DNA of 64,000 nucleotides from a virus (lineage: Duplodnaviria > Caudoviricetes), in IMG/VR virus record IMGVR_UViG_3300028048_000077, positions 1-64,000 of that record. One strand, written 5' to 3'. The notes beneath the pieces were generated by a model. That model saw only the letters and a list, made by a program, of their open reading frames with translations, was not told the DNA's origin and made no database searches. Shown here piece by piece: positions 36,806 to 46,908 of the stretch (positions within the stretch are counted from its first letter, which is position 1; each line of letters starts with the position of its first letter). A program made the translations under genes and the position numbers.

Positions 36806-38164
36806 ATGAATATAAAACAAAAGAAAGCTACAATTCATGATTTTCCATTCTTAAATGTAAAAGTAAAAACAGATCCATTTAAAGTAGTTAGAGAACATCG
36901 TTCTCAGATGAAGTCTTCTCTTGTTACTCCATCTAGAAATCATTCATATTCTCTCTGTATAGAATATGTAAAGGAATGGTTTGCATCTGCATTTGTAGAT
37001 GGATTCTTTAAATCTGCATATATAAATGGATCACATGTAATTGATCAATTTAGAAGACTCACTAGAGAACAGCTTCTAAAAAGAAATACTCCTTGCTATA
37101 CTATTACTCCTACCATAGATTATGACTATAATTCTGAAATGGTAGACTTGTATCCATATGGGGGTAATATATTTAATAATAGATATGAATTAGAGTCTTC
37201 CTTCTATAGAAACTTTGAGACTAATGATTTTATAGCATTAGACTTCAAACAGCTATTGATGAAGTTTAATATAAGAATCAAAATGCCTACTCTTGCATCT
37301 GCACAAGATTTATATGACTTCATGCAAATAAAATTTAGAGCAGGTGCTACTATGGGAAGAGAAGTAGATTTAGACTTTCATCTTCCTATGAAATTAATGG
37401 CTCAAGTTGCTAAGGATAATGGATTTGAATTGGATTCTAATTATAATATTAAAGACTCAACAGAATTTCTTAGTCATATGAATAAGAATTCTATACTTCC
37501 TATTATGTATAAGAGAAGAAATGGAACTGGAAATAAAGAGTACTTTGTAAAGCTTCCTAAGATGTATGTACATTTCCGTATCTCAGATATACAAATAGAT
37601 GAAGGAGAAAGACAAGGTCATCTTATGAATAACTTCAATCTACAGTTTGATGTAGATGTACATTTCCCTTGTCCTAAGTTCTTTGTATACTTCTACTTTG
37701 AGACCAAAGAATTTCTTAAGACTTCTCCTGAAGAGAGCGATATTATTAGACTGGAAGACTTCCCTGTACTTAGTATTCCAAAAACTAATGATAAGGGTTG
37801 GAACCAGTTTATTACTACCGAATATATAGATGATGAAGAAAACTTTAATGAAAAAGTTCCATTAACTATTTCATTCATAGAACTCCTAGGGGATCTTAGA
37901 AAAGCGATTGATTATACTAAGAGTATATACTTATCTCCTGGATTATTTATAGATATGAAGCTTTTTAATAATGGTAAAGAGATTCCATTAGAAATAGATT
38001 GGGAGAATTATGAAATAAAGACTAATACAGTTATGACTAATATAAAATCTCATCTAGTTCTATATGTGGATAATAAATATCTGAATGAAACTATAATGAA
38101 ATTACGGGAAGATAAAGAACACCGTATTACTCCATATATGCAAAGTAAAGTTGTAAGAAACTAA
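36806..38164 (+). CDS. hypothetical protein, probable virion structural protein
   Basis: 452-aa ORF, AGGAGG SD, GAC-N7-TA motif upstream. Confidence 0.75.
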   Translation: MNIKQKKATIHDFPFLNVKVKTDPFKVVREHRSQMKSSLVTPSRNHSYSLCIEYVKEWFASAFVDGFFKSAYINGSHVIDQFRRLTREQLLKRNTPCYTITPTIDYDYNSEMVDLYPYGGNIFNNRYELESSFYRNFETNDFIALDFKQLLMKFNIRIKMPTLASAQDLYDFMQIKFRAGATMGREVDLDFHLPMKLMAQVAKDNGFELDSNYNIKDSTEFLSHMNKNSILPIMYKRRNGTGNKEYFVKLPKMYVHFRISDIQIDEGERQGHLMNNFNLQFDVDVHFPCPKFFVYFYFETKEFLKTSPEESDIIRLEDFPVLSIPKTNDKGWNQFITTEYIDDEENFNEKVPLTISFIELLGDLRKAIDYTKSIYLSPGLFIDMKLFNNGKEIPLEIDWENYEIKTNTVMTNIKSHLVLYVDNKYLNETIMKLREDKEHRITPYMQSKVVRN

Positions 38165-38170
38165 AACTAT

Positions 38171-38197
38171 TCCCTCTGCCCTAATTGGGCAGAGGGA
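38171..38197. terminator. Hairpin family member
   Basis: TCCCTCTGCCC-TAATT-GGGCAGAGGGA. Confidence 0.75.
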
Positions 38198-38226
38198 GTT
38201 ATTGTGTTAAACTAAATAATTTTAGA

Positions 38227-38242
38227 GATACTATAAATATGA
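38227..38242 (+). promoter_or_regulatory. Promoter motif, AAAT variant
   Basis: GATACTATAAATATGA. Confidence 0.7.
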
Positions 38243-38299
38243 ATAGGGTATAGGTACCAACTATACCCTATTCAATCTCCTAGAAAGGAGGTGTCAAGA

Positions 38300-38419
38300 A
38301 TGGCTAATTTAATAAAGTCATTCATACGTATTAAATCAATTTGGGATTTAATATCCATAGGCGATATGATAATTCAGATAATTGATTTAATACAATATTT
38401 AATAACCCATTCTTTATAG
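38300..38419 (+). CDS. 39-aa amphipathic peptide MANLIKSFIRIKSIWDLISIGDMIIQIIDLIQYLITHSL
   Basis: Promoter motif, 13-bp leader hairpin, SD AGAAAGGAGG. Confidence 0.7.
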   Translation: MANLIKSFIRIKSIWDLISIGDMIIQIIDLIQYLITHSL

Positions 38420-38560
38420 AAAGGTTATTAAGAATATACTTTATAATTAGTCACTAAAAATTTGATTCTAAAAACCAGAAGTATAACTTCATTATTACAT
38501 AGATGATAATCAAACTGGTAAAAAATAAGTGAAATAACTTTCACTTATTTTTTTTTATAA

Positions 38561-38863
38561 TTATAATACATTTTTAAGATAATCAACTATTCTTAATTCT
38601 TCTTCTTCATTATCAGGAGCTATTATATAACCATTAGCATGCCCACAATTAATAAATGGAATAGTCATATATGGTTCTTTTTCATTTATAGGAACAAAAG
38701 TAACATTGAATGTATACTTTTTACTTGTTCTACTATAAATAAGATCAGTAGTATAATGCAAATACTTACTATCTAATAAATTCTCAAGAACCTTATGTTT
38801 CTTTACCAATTCTATAAATTCATTTTCATATCTTAATTTAATAGCATCAAGATTATAAATCAT
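38561..38863 (-). CDS. hypothetical protein
   Basis: ORF track. Confidence 0.7.
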   Translation of the reverse strand: MIYNLDAIKLRYENEFIELVKKHKVLENLLDSKYLHYTTDLIYSRTSKKYTFNVTFVPINEKEPYMTIPFINCGHANGYIIAPDNEEEELRIVDYLKNVL

Positions 38864-38941
38864 CTTTTAAACTCCTTAATTACTTCCAGATTGAATTATA
38901 TCCATAATTCTTTTTACAAATTCAACTATATTATTTATCTC

Positions 38942-39166
38942 CTAATAATTTGAATATCCTTTCATACAATAGAACTTTATTCCATCCTCTTCTTTATCAT
39001 TTAAAGAAGGTGAATCCAAATTTGTAAAGAAAGCAAATATAATATTTGGATCTTCTTCATCTGGTTTTATAAGAACACATTGTAGCTTCTCAAATTCGCT
39101 CATAGGATTCTCAGCAGATATTATCTGATCTCCTACTGATGGTAATTCATCTAAAGCGTGAATCAT
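38942..39166 (-). CDS. hypothetical protein
   Basis: ORF track. Confidence 0.7.
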   Translation of the reverse strand: MIHALDELPSVGDQIISAENPMSEFEKLQCVLIKPDEEDPNIIFAFFTNLDSPSLNDKEEDGIKFYCMKGYSNY

Positions 39167-39199
39167 AGTTTTACCTCTTTCTCAGACTGTTGTTTCAGG

Positions 39200-39583
39200 C
39201 TAAATATGAGTAGGCATTTCCTGCCAATTCTTCTCTGCCCATTTTCCAACAGTATCTAAAATTCTCTTTTTAGCACTTTCAGTTAATACTACAGTTTCTT
39301 CAGATCCTCGTTTTTCTATAAAATATATATTTTCACAAGAATCCATTACAACTTCTTCATACATCAATATAGGACGAATTACTCCTCTTAAAGATCCATG
39401 AGTAATTTTATATCTTGGTGTATCTATTGGTTTATTACCATGGATAACCGAGGATAATGGATACTCAACTATTTGTGGTTTATACTTTTCAATATTTAGC
39501 ATTATAACTGTATAGCTTAATCCTAATTGAAAATAAACTCTCAAATACTTAACTTTGTTAAAATCCATTATCCTCGCCTCCAA
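39200..39583 (-). CDS. hypothetical protein
   Basis: ORF track. Confidence 0.7.
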   Translation of the reverse strand: MEARIMDFNKVKYLRVYFQLGLSYTVIMLNIEKYKPQIVEYPLSSVIHGNKPIDTPRYKITHGSLRGVIRPILMYEEVVMDSCENIYFIEKRGSEETVVLTESAKKRILDTVGKWAEKNWQEMPTHI

Positions 39584-39586
39584 TTA

Positions 39587-42585
39587 TTAAGCTTGAGATA
39601 AGATAGCCTCTATCTCAGCTTTGTCCTCATCGGTATAAGCATCTCTGCTTAATCCCAATAAATCATTACTAGTAATCAGAATATCCTTATACAGGTTTAC
39701 CTGACTATTTAAAAGTCCGTCATTAGCAGAAATAATCATGCTATTATGAGGATTAAATGTTTCCATTGCCCTTTCAGCAAATTCCTGGTTAGTGATATAC
39801 ATTACATTTAAGCAATCCTGAAATCTTCACATATGATACCTTATACATATGCAGTTCTCTTATGAACTTCTCTAGGAGTTCCCTAGAAGCAGAGACTATA
39901 TCTTCATCTCAGAGAGATGCTCCTCCACAGAACTATCGGTTGATAGCTGCTTAGTCGTTGAACGTTCCTTCCATTACCCCATTATCTTTATGAGAAATAT
40001 CTAAGGAAGGCTTCGCTGCTGATTCCCCATTGTAATAGACCTTAGCACCTATATAATATATAGGCTTTTATTTCAGCATAGTCCATCTCTTCACTTGTTT
40101 CTATCTTTCGATTCCTATTTCTAGGCAGAAGAGCTTTAGTAAGTCCCAGCAATTCAAAGGAGTGCATCCACTATGTCACCATAGTAGAGGGCATGATTAC
40201 ATACCATCAAAATCTGCGTTCAAACCTGGTAAGACTTGTAGTGGCATAGACATTGTAAATGTGTCATTTATTCCTATACATCTCATACAAAGTATAGAAC
40301 CATACTGTATACTTGGCTTATTTCTTCACATAGTTTAGTTTATCACTATGCAGTTCTCTTATGAACTTCTCTGAGTATTACTCAGAAGGTGAGAGTACAT
40401 CATTATCCTAGAAGATGAGGATATCCAGTGCTGTCCTTCACTTGAAGGCGCATACTCGTTGAATTATTAAAACTTATCCCAAATAACATCTATTTAAATA
40501 ATAAATAGAAATGGGGTATTCAATTATGGCTCTTAGTAAAGTTAAATGTGAACATCCAACTCAAGAACATATGCAAACTGCTAATTATAGATATAGGAAA
40601 AATCTTATCAATAATTTTGGAATGTATCATATTGATGAACAATGGCTTCCTATTATATTAGCTGATATTCAACCTTGGTATTACGTAAGTAATTATGGAA
40701 GAATATATTCTAAATTATATGATTGTATTATTAGAGATAGATTAGTAGGTCATGGTTATAAAATTGTGACCTTACGTACTATATATAATACACCAATAGA
40801 TTGTTTAATTCATCGTATTGAAATGATAACTTTTAATCCTATTCCTAATTATAAGGATATGCAAGTTAATCATATAGATGGAAATAAACTAAATAATCGT
40901 TTATATAATTTAGAATGGTGTACATGTCTTGAAAACATACATCATGCTATCATTAATAATATTTATAATAATATTGGTGAGAATAATGTATGTGCAGTAT
41001 TTACAAATGAACAAGTTCATATAATTTGTAAATGCTTAGAAATGAATTATTCATTTAAAGCCATATGTGATACTTTAAATATTGAATACAATGATAAAAC
41101 TATTTCCAGAATTAATCAAATAAAACGTCATAAAAACTGGAAACAAATTTCATCTCAATATAAGTTTTAACAACTGCTGATTTTCGATTGTTTATAGACC
41201 TTAGCACCTATATATCTCTATATAGGCTTTTATTTCAGCATAGTCCATCTCTTCACTTGTTTCTGACTTTCGTCTCCATTAAGGCAGAAGAGCTTTACGA
41301 GGTCCCAGCAATTCTCTGGATAGTTTTAAGCACAGCATTATTTTATATCTTCTTCTGCTATACCGAACCCAAGTTAATTCCTGTTTACTAACATTTTTAT
41401 ACCACCAGTATAATCTATCAAATTTTGTATGATTTGTCTTACCATATCATTTGGGAACAATTGAGCTTTATACCATATACTATATGCCTTAGAATACGTA
41501 CAGTTATATGTATGCTTAAGTATATTTACAATAGTCTGTTGTAATAACTCTACTAAAGCATGATATGGTAATTTAATCTCATCAATTCTCAGATTTAAAT
41601 CTGGAACGATAATACTTCTATTGGTAAATGAGCATTTACCTCCGATAAGAAGTCTAATGTTTCCTTTCTTTTGTGCAAGAGTCTTTTCTATCTCTGTATA
41701 AAGAGCATTATATCTATCTTGTAAATCCCACAGCAATGTAGAACGATACTTGAATATATTATACATTGAAAGCTCGTCCTGATTTATTTTTCCTGCTAAC
41801 TTTGCCATGATATTAAAGATAGCATTTGTTCCTTCAAATGTGAATACTCCATTCTCTACTTTGAATGGTCTCATTCCTGTAGAGAATACTGGAATAGCAC
41901 CAGTAAAGATATTCTCTTTATTTTCAATAATCATTTCATATTGATCAATCTTCTTAGTACCATTCTTCTTATGGAAGTACTCTAATATTTCATCGAAATT
42001 CTCTTTAAACTGCAGCATTCCAATTCCAGCATATGTCTTATCTGAATTAGAATGTTTAGTGAACTTCTTTTTATTAGCCATTTTCTTCTTAAATGCTTTT
42101 TTCTCCCAAGAAGTCATCTTAGTACCATTAGTATTCAATTCTACATCTGGTTCTATGATTGCTTGGAGATTATCATTCCCGAAGTATGACTGTATAACTT
42201 TAAATAGATTTGGATGAATAATCTTATATGGCTCTTTTAATTTAATCCATCCAAATATCTCAAAATTATCTCCAATAAACTTGACCTCAGTATGGCAATA
42301 TGGACATATCAATCCTTTCTTATTAATACCTTGCCAAGTTTTACATTCACAAGAAAACTTATCTGCAAATGCATTATCATCTTGCAATGTTTTCATAAAT
42401 CTTTCGGAATAGATAGAGTCTGGAGACTTAAGAGATTTCTTTAATGCTTGTGGCTCTTTAATCAGGAATCCCATTCCTGTAATCAAGTCATTTTGCATCT
42501 CTTTCTCAAGATTCATTCTTACAAGACGAGTTCTGTATTCATATTCATCAGAATACGGATATTGTACTCGTGTATTTACTTGCAT
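39587..42585 (-). CDS. RNA polymerase beta' N-terminal (catalytic) subunit in three exons: 42585-41377, 40316-40203, 39817-39587 (517 aa spliced)
   Basis: Zn ribbon CEC...CPYC and KKGNIR. Splicing reconstitutes LVNRN|PSI and the catalytic NADFDG|DCLN. AGGAGG SD before ATG 42585. Confidence 0.9.
39818..40202 (-). mobile_element. Group I intron 2 (385 nt, no ORF) inside NADFDG^D
   Basis: Exon ends in U and intron ends in G; P1 GGUAUG/CAUGCC with U.G at the splice site; P10 GUAAUC/GAUUGC; R UUCAACGACUA; S AAGAUAUAGUCU. Confidence 0.9.
40317..41376 (-). mobile_element. Group I intron 1 (1060 nt) at NRN^P carrying an HNH gene
   Basis: P1 GAAU/GUUC, P10 ACUUGG/CCAAGU, R UUCAACGAGUA with compensating S GAUGUACUC, terminal G. 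Confidence 0.9.
40511..41170 (+). CDS. NUMOD4-HNH homing endonuclease, antisense within intron 1
   Basis: YYVSNYGRIYS; IHRI...VNHIDGNKLNNRLYNLEWCT..EN. Confidence 0.9.
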   Translation: MGYSIMALSKVKCEHPTQEHMQTANYRYRKNLINNFGMYHIDEQWLPIILADIQPWYYVSNYGRIYSKLYDCIIRDRLVGHGYKIVTLRTIYNTPIDCLIHRIEMITFNPIPNYKDMQVNHIDGNKLNNRLYNLEWCTCLENIHHAIINNIYNNIGENNVCAVFTNEQVHIICKCLEMNYSFKAICDTLNIEYNDKTISRINQIKRHKNWKQISSQYKF

Positions 42586-42641
42586 AAAAAATATCCTCCT
42601 TTTATTTAATTTTGACTCATTCGAGTGGCCTCCTAATCCAC

Positions 42642-42659
42642 TCATATATATATAGTATA
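42642..42659 (-). promoter_or_regulatory. Conserved promoter motif (one extra TA)
   Basis: TATACTATATATATATGA upstream of the beta' gene. Confidence 0.75.
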
Positions 42660-42790
42660 TATTTAATTGATATTTTGATCCCGTACCTATATGGTACGGG
42701 ACCATTATCTTATCAAATAATTGTTAAGAAAAAAATATTATTTAAAAAAAGACCCACCATCATATGATGGTGGGGTATGCAGGGGTATAA

Positions 42791-43036
42791 TTAAGATAGA
42801 TCTACAATATAGGCAGTAATATTGTAGGGTTTATCATTTAGTTGAGAAAATATATTTACGGCTCGTACATTTTTAAAATGAGACCACATAGTTCTAGGAA
42901 TCTCTTTTCCATCTATCAAAATAGCTTCTATACGAACTCCTTTATGATTATATTCATCTGGAAGCACATATATAGTTTTCTGTCTCTGTTGAGTTTTTAT
43001 CATTTTTACTTCAATTTCATTTGTCATATAAATCAC
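42791..43036 (-). CDS. hypothetical protein
   Basis: ORF track. Confidence 0.65.
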   Translation of the reverse strand: MIYMTNEIEVKMIKTQQRQKTIYVLPDEYNHKGVRIEAILIDGKEIPRTMWSHFKNVRAVNIFSQLNDKPYNITAYIVDLS

Positions 43037-43038
43037 CT

Positions 43039-44808
43039 TTATTCATCTATAAAGTTTACAGTCAAAACAGAGTCTGGAATACGATCTGCGTAATTATAAC
43101 TACCAGTTAGAACACTTTTAAACGTATTATAATCAGTAAATACTGATCTTCTTACATTATTAAATACTAATGAAGATTCCTCACCTAATACAACATCTCC
43201 AAATAAAGTTCTAATTGAAGAATCCTGATATATACTAAATAAATCAAAATTTAATTTTACTTTAGTTAATGATCTACAACCAGAAAACATTACATACATT
43301 CTATTTACATTTCTTGTATTCCAATTAGAAAGATCTATTTCAGTTAAAGATGTGCATTTATAAAACATATAATCCATAGTTCTTACTTTACTAGTATCCC
43401 AGTTAGATACATCCACAGTAGTTAATGATGAACAGGAGGCAAATACACCATACATAGTTTTTACTTTACTAGTATCCCAATTAGATACATCTACAGTAGT
43501 TAATGATGAACAGTAATTAAATATCTGTTTCATATTTGTGACATTACTTACATCCCAGTTAGATACATCTATATCAGTTAATGATAAACAGTGATCAAAT
43601 GCGAATTCAAAACTAGTAATTGGAGAAGTATCCCAGTTAGAACTATCTATAGAAATTAGATTGCTACAATATGAAAGCATCATATCTGCATTAATAAAAG
43701 TAGTTGTATTATTTAATATTCTTTGAATATCATCATTATATGATTGATCTAATTCAGTTATATTCTTATAATTCGGAATATTTTCATATGCATAATCCTT
43801 TAGATTATTTGAAATTCTATCTTCTAATGGCCTAATATATCCATTTATATATACTTTAATCAGATCAACTATATTCATATTACCATTTATATCTTTATTT
43901 GTTTTTACCGCTTTATCAAGTGTACCATTTAAATCTAAAATTAATTTTGATTTAGTACTTATACTTCCAGTAATATCAGATATACATTTTGCAAAATGCA
44001 CAAAATTTTCCCCATTAATATCTTTTGTTATTTTACGTCCTATATTAACAGTTCCATTTAAATAACTATCAGGAGCTTTTAATACTACTAATAATTTATT
44101 ATTACATATAATATCAATATTATGCTTAGTTGGATAAAATAATCTTAAAGATACTATACAGTTATGTTTAGTAAGGAACCCATCTGGATATAAAGTATTT
44201 ATACATTCTTCTTTAGAAGTTTTTATACATGCAGAATCTATAATCATTCCATTAATATCATTTCCAATAGCATTTTTAATCTTGATAATTTCCTCAGGAA
44301 GATAGTTAAGATAGTTTAATGGAGCATCAGATGGATGTAATCCATGATCACTATTTAGCAATGTAGATAAATTATTAAAATTATATGGTCTACCATTTAA
44401 ATCTGAATAATATACAGCATTTCTATCAGTGTAATTTGAATACAAATCTGTTTTGCTTGAAGTATATACTCTAACAGCGGATCCTATAAGTTTAAATCCT
44501 TTATAATTATTATAGCTATCATTATGAATCATATAATAAAATACTTTGTCCATAGCGTCAAAGTATGAATATTCATTAGTACCAGGATTATAATTTTTCA
44601 CATGTGAATATACACAAAGTATATATTTTAATGGTTTATTTAAAGAGTATGGGTATACATTATTATCTACTTTTTCAAGTGTATATTGAACAAATATTTT
44701 TGGATTGAAAGAACTATTAGAATTTAGTGGTACGCTTAAAGGCGTACCACTCCCTTCATTTATAGTTCCAGAGCCCTGAAGAATAATTTCTCTACCATTA
44801 ATTTGCAT
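43039..44808 (-). CDS. putative fibre/adhesin: shared N-terminal domain, DING repeats and BspA/DUF285-type leucine-rich repeats
   Basis: N-terminus homologous to 46909-47892; 26-aa repeats such as F..CSSLTTVDVSNWDTSKVKTM. Confidence 0.75.
   Translation of the reverse strand: MQINGREIILQGSGTINEGSGTPLSVPLNSNSSFNPKIFVQYTLEKVDNNVYPYSLNKPLKYILCVYSHVKNYNPGTNEYSYFDAMDKVFYYMIHNDSYNNYKGFKLIGSAVRVYTSSKTDLYSNYTDRNAVYYSDLNGRPYNFNNLSTLLNSDHGLHPSDAPLNYLNYLPEEIIKIKNAIGNDINGMIIDSACIKTSKEECINTLYPDGFLTKHNCIVSLRLFYPTKHNIDIICNNKLLVVLKAPDSYLNGTVNIGRKITKDINGENFVHFAKCISDITGSISTKSKLILDLNGTLDKAVKTNKDINGNMNIVDLIKVYINGYIRPLEDRISNNLKDYAYENIPNYKNITELDQSYNDDIQRILNNTTTFINADMMLSYCSNLISIDSSNWDTSPITSFEFAFDHCLSLTDIDVSNWDVSNVTNMKQIFNYCSSLTTVDVSNWDTSKVKTMYGVFASCSSLTTVDVSNWDTSKVRTMDYMFYKCTSLTEIDLSNWNTRNVNRMYVMFSGCRSLTKVKLNFDLFSIYQDSSIRTLFGDVVLGEESSLVFNNVRRSVFTDYNTFKSVLTGSYNYADRIPDSVLTVNFIDE
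43310..43680 (-). repeat. 78-bp-period repeats encoding BspA-type LRRs (approximate limits)
   Basis: Recurrent ACTAGTATCCCA(G/A)TTAGATACATC blocks. Confidence 0.75.
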
Positions 44809-44831
44809 ATTACTGGACTCCTTCCTTTATT

Positions 44832-46061
44832 TTAAGCTTTAATTCCAAATGCCATTCCCACATCTATATCAGATAGATTTACCTGAGCATCATGGAATGC
44901 TTTCATTGATATATTTTTAAGCTTAGATGCTACCTGAGGAGTAGATACTCCTACATTGGTAATACCAATTCTATTGAATAGATTACCAGCACAAGCATGA
45001 CAAATACCATGTTTAGATTCACATAATGAAGAGAATCTAAACTTAACTTTCTTACCAATATACTTATCCACATTCTGTGAAGTAAGTTCTACAAGTTTAC
45101 CATTTTCCACAATATAAGAATACATAAGCAAACTTGCAAGTTTCTCAGTAAGATCTATTTCAATGGTTTTCTTAGTTCCACAATCTTTATTATTAGGATC
45201 AAGAGTAAGATGTTGGAATGCTTTTAAGAATAACTTCTCCCAATAACCACCGATACCTGTCTTAATACCACGAGAATATGGACCAGCAGCCAATGCTCTT
45301 GCAGTATTAGCATAGTCTTTCTTACTAATACCAGTCATATAAGAAGAAGTTACAATATTAAATCCCTTAGTAGGGTCAGGATCCTTAACTGCACCCTTCA
45401 TAACAAAGATATTCTTGAAGTTATTATCAAAAGATCCTTTAGCTCCAGAATAATACATATCCATAGCTTTATCATCTTTAAGAAGATCCTGAGCATATTT
45501 AAGAACCTCATTCTCAAAATCAATTGATGCTTTAGGATCATTTTTCTCTATTCCATCTTTATATTTACTATATAGCTCTTTCTTCTTCTTTTCAATAAAA
45601 GTAGCAGACATGAGCATTTCTTTAGAGAAAGATGGGCAATATATATTACAATATGGCATAAATTTTTGGGCCATCATATGAAATTTCTTAATAGCTTCTA
45701 AAGGAATTCTATCCTCTAAAACAGCATAAGATAATCTCTTATTAATTTCTTCTGCTACTTTCTTAGACACTGGTCTATTTACATATCCAATTACATCCAT
45801 TAAATCTTCTTCAATGAATGTTCGATTGAATATGAATAATCCAATTGTAGTAACAAAAGGTTTCTTATTCTTATGGCCTTCTTTACCAAATACTCCAGCA
45901 GGAATCTCTATGAGATCATATGTATTAAACTTTTTCTTATTACCAAATTCTCCAAAATTCTCCATAATGAAAGATGTTTTCTGCATATCATATGGAGTAA
46001 GACTAGTAAAATAGTTTACTATTTCTGGGTCTTTGATAACTTTACTTGTTCTTTTTGCCAT
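44832..46061 (-). CDS. RNA polymerase beta' C-terminal subunit, probably of the virion RNAP
   Basis: SGAKGS, bridge-helix-like KTGIGGYWEK, DCGT, C-x5-ICHAC Zn site, trigger-loop-like SMKAFH; lies in a structural operon. Confidence 0.85.
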   Translation of the reverse strand: MAKRTSKVIKDPEIVNYFTSLTPYDMQKTSFIMENFGEFGNKKKFNTYDLIEIPAGVFGKEGHKNKKPFVTTIGLFIFNRTFIEEDLMDVIGYVNRPVSKKVAEEINKRLSYAVLEDRIPLEAIKKFHMMAQKFMPYCNIYCPSFSKEMLMSATFIEKKKKELYSKYKDGIEKNDPKASIDFENEVLKYAQDLLKDDKAMDMYYSGAKGSFDNNFKNIFVMKGAVKDPDPTKGFNIVTSSYMTGISKKDYANTARALAAGPYSRGIKTGIGGYWEKLFLKAFQHLTLDPNNKDCGTKKTIEIDLTEKLASLLMYSYIVENGKLVELTSQNVDKYIGKKVKFRFSSLCESKHGICHACAGNLFNRIGITNVGVSTPQVASKLKNISMKAFHDAQVNLSDIDVGMAFGIKA

Positions 46062-46074
46062 ACAATCTCACCTC

Positions 46075-46893
46075 TTAGAAGTAGATTTGATATGTAATAT
46101 CAATACCCTTTCTTAAGTCAATTAATGGCTCATTAGGGAAGTTTAATCTTGTTATTGGACGGATGTCTTGATAATAAGTAAATCCATCAATAACTTTAGG
46201 CCAAGCAGTACAAATAGAAAGACAGTTAATTCTAGCATCATTGATACCAGTAGTAGCAATAAAGAAATCTCTACAATCATCTTTTGTAATAGAGAATTCT
46301 AAAGTTACAAATGTTTCAATTGTAGTTGGATTAGCCTTTGCCATTGTATATACAGTAGCATCAATTGGATTACCATTTGACCACTGTCTACTCAATACTG
46401 GAGGAGCATTAAAGGTTTTGAAATAATAAGCATAATATCTACTATCTATTTCTTTTCTACCAAAATAAAGTGCTCTATCAGTTGCACTCAAATCTTTATC
46501 AAGTAAAAGATACTGGAATGGAACAATAGAATCTTCATCAATCCATCTACGATAATCTACATCAAATACCTGAGAATTCTCAGTACCACATCCATCAGTT
46601 CCTACACAGAATAAAAATACCTTATTAATATCAGTAGGAACAGAATATACAGTATGCTCAAGATTTAATGCTGTATTATATGATGGAGTTATTAATGGAT
46701 CTGATAAATCAAATAAGGAAAGAGCAATAAATTCTGCACCAGGAAGAATTACTTTGTTATGGCCTTTCCAAATAACTTCTCCAGTTTCATGATTGCGAAA
46801 TGTTACTACACCTCTCATACCATCATGCTTAATAGTACTTTTATCATAAACTTGATCTTGTATATTATCAATTAATTTAAGATGTTTGTTCAT
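46075..46893 (-). CDS. putative baseplate/tail structural protein
   Basis: HNKVI...GTDG...DITYQIYF; between structural genes. Confidence 0.6.
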   Translation of the reverse strand: MNKHLKLIDNIQDQVYDKSTIKHDGMRGVVTFRNHETGEVIWKGHNKVILPGAEFIALSLFDLSDPLITPSYNTALNLEHTVYSVPTDINKVFLFCVGTDGCGTENSQVFDVDYRRWIDEDSIVPFQYLLLDKDLSATDRALYFGRKEIDSRYYAYYFKTFNAPPVLSRQWSNGNPIDATVYTMAKANPTTIETFVTLEFSITKDDCRDFFIATTGINDARINCLSICTAWPKVIDGFTYYQDIRPITRLNFPNEPLIDLRKGIDITYQIYF

Positions 46894-46908
46894 TTCTTAA
46901 TTCTCCCC

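Noticed and set aside
41374-42705. Truncated beta' pseudogene starting at 42705
   Set aside because: The TAA is the first three intron bases and splicing restores the gene; SD and promoter motif place the start at 42585.
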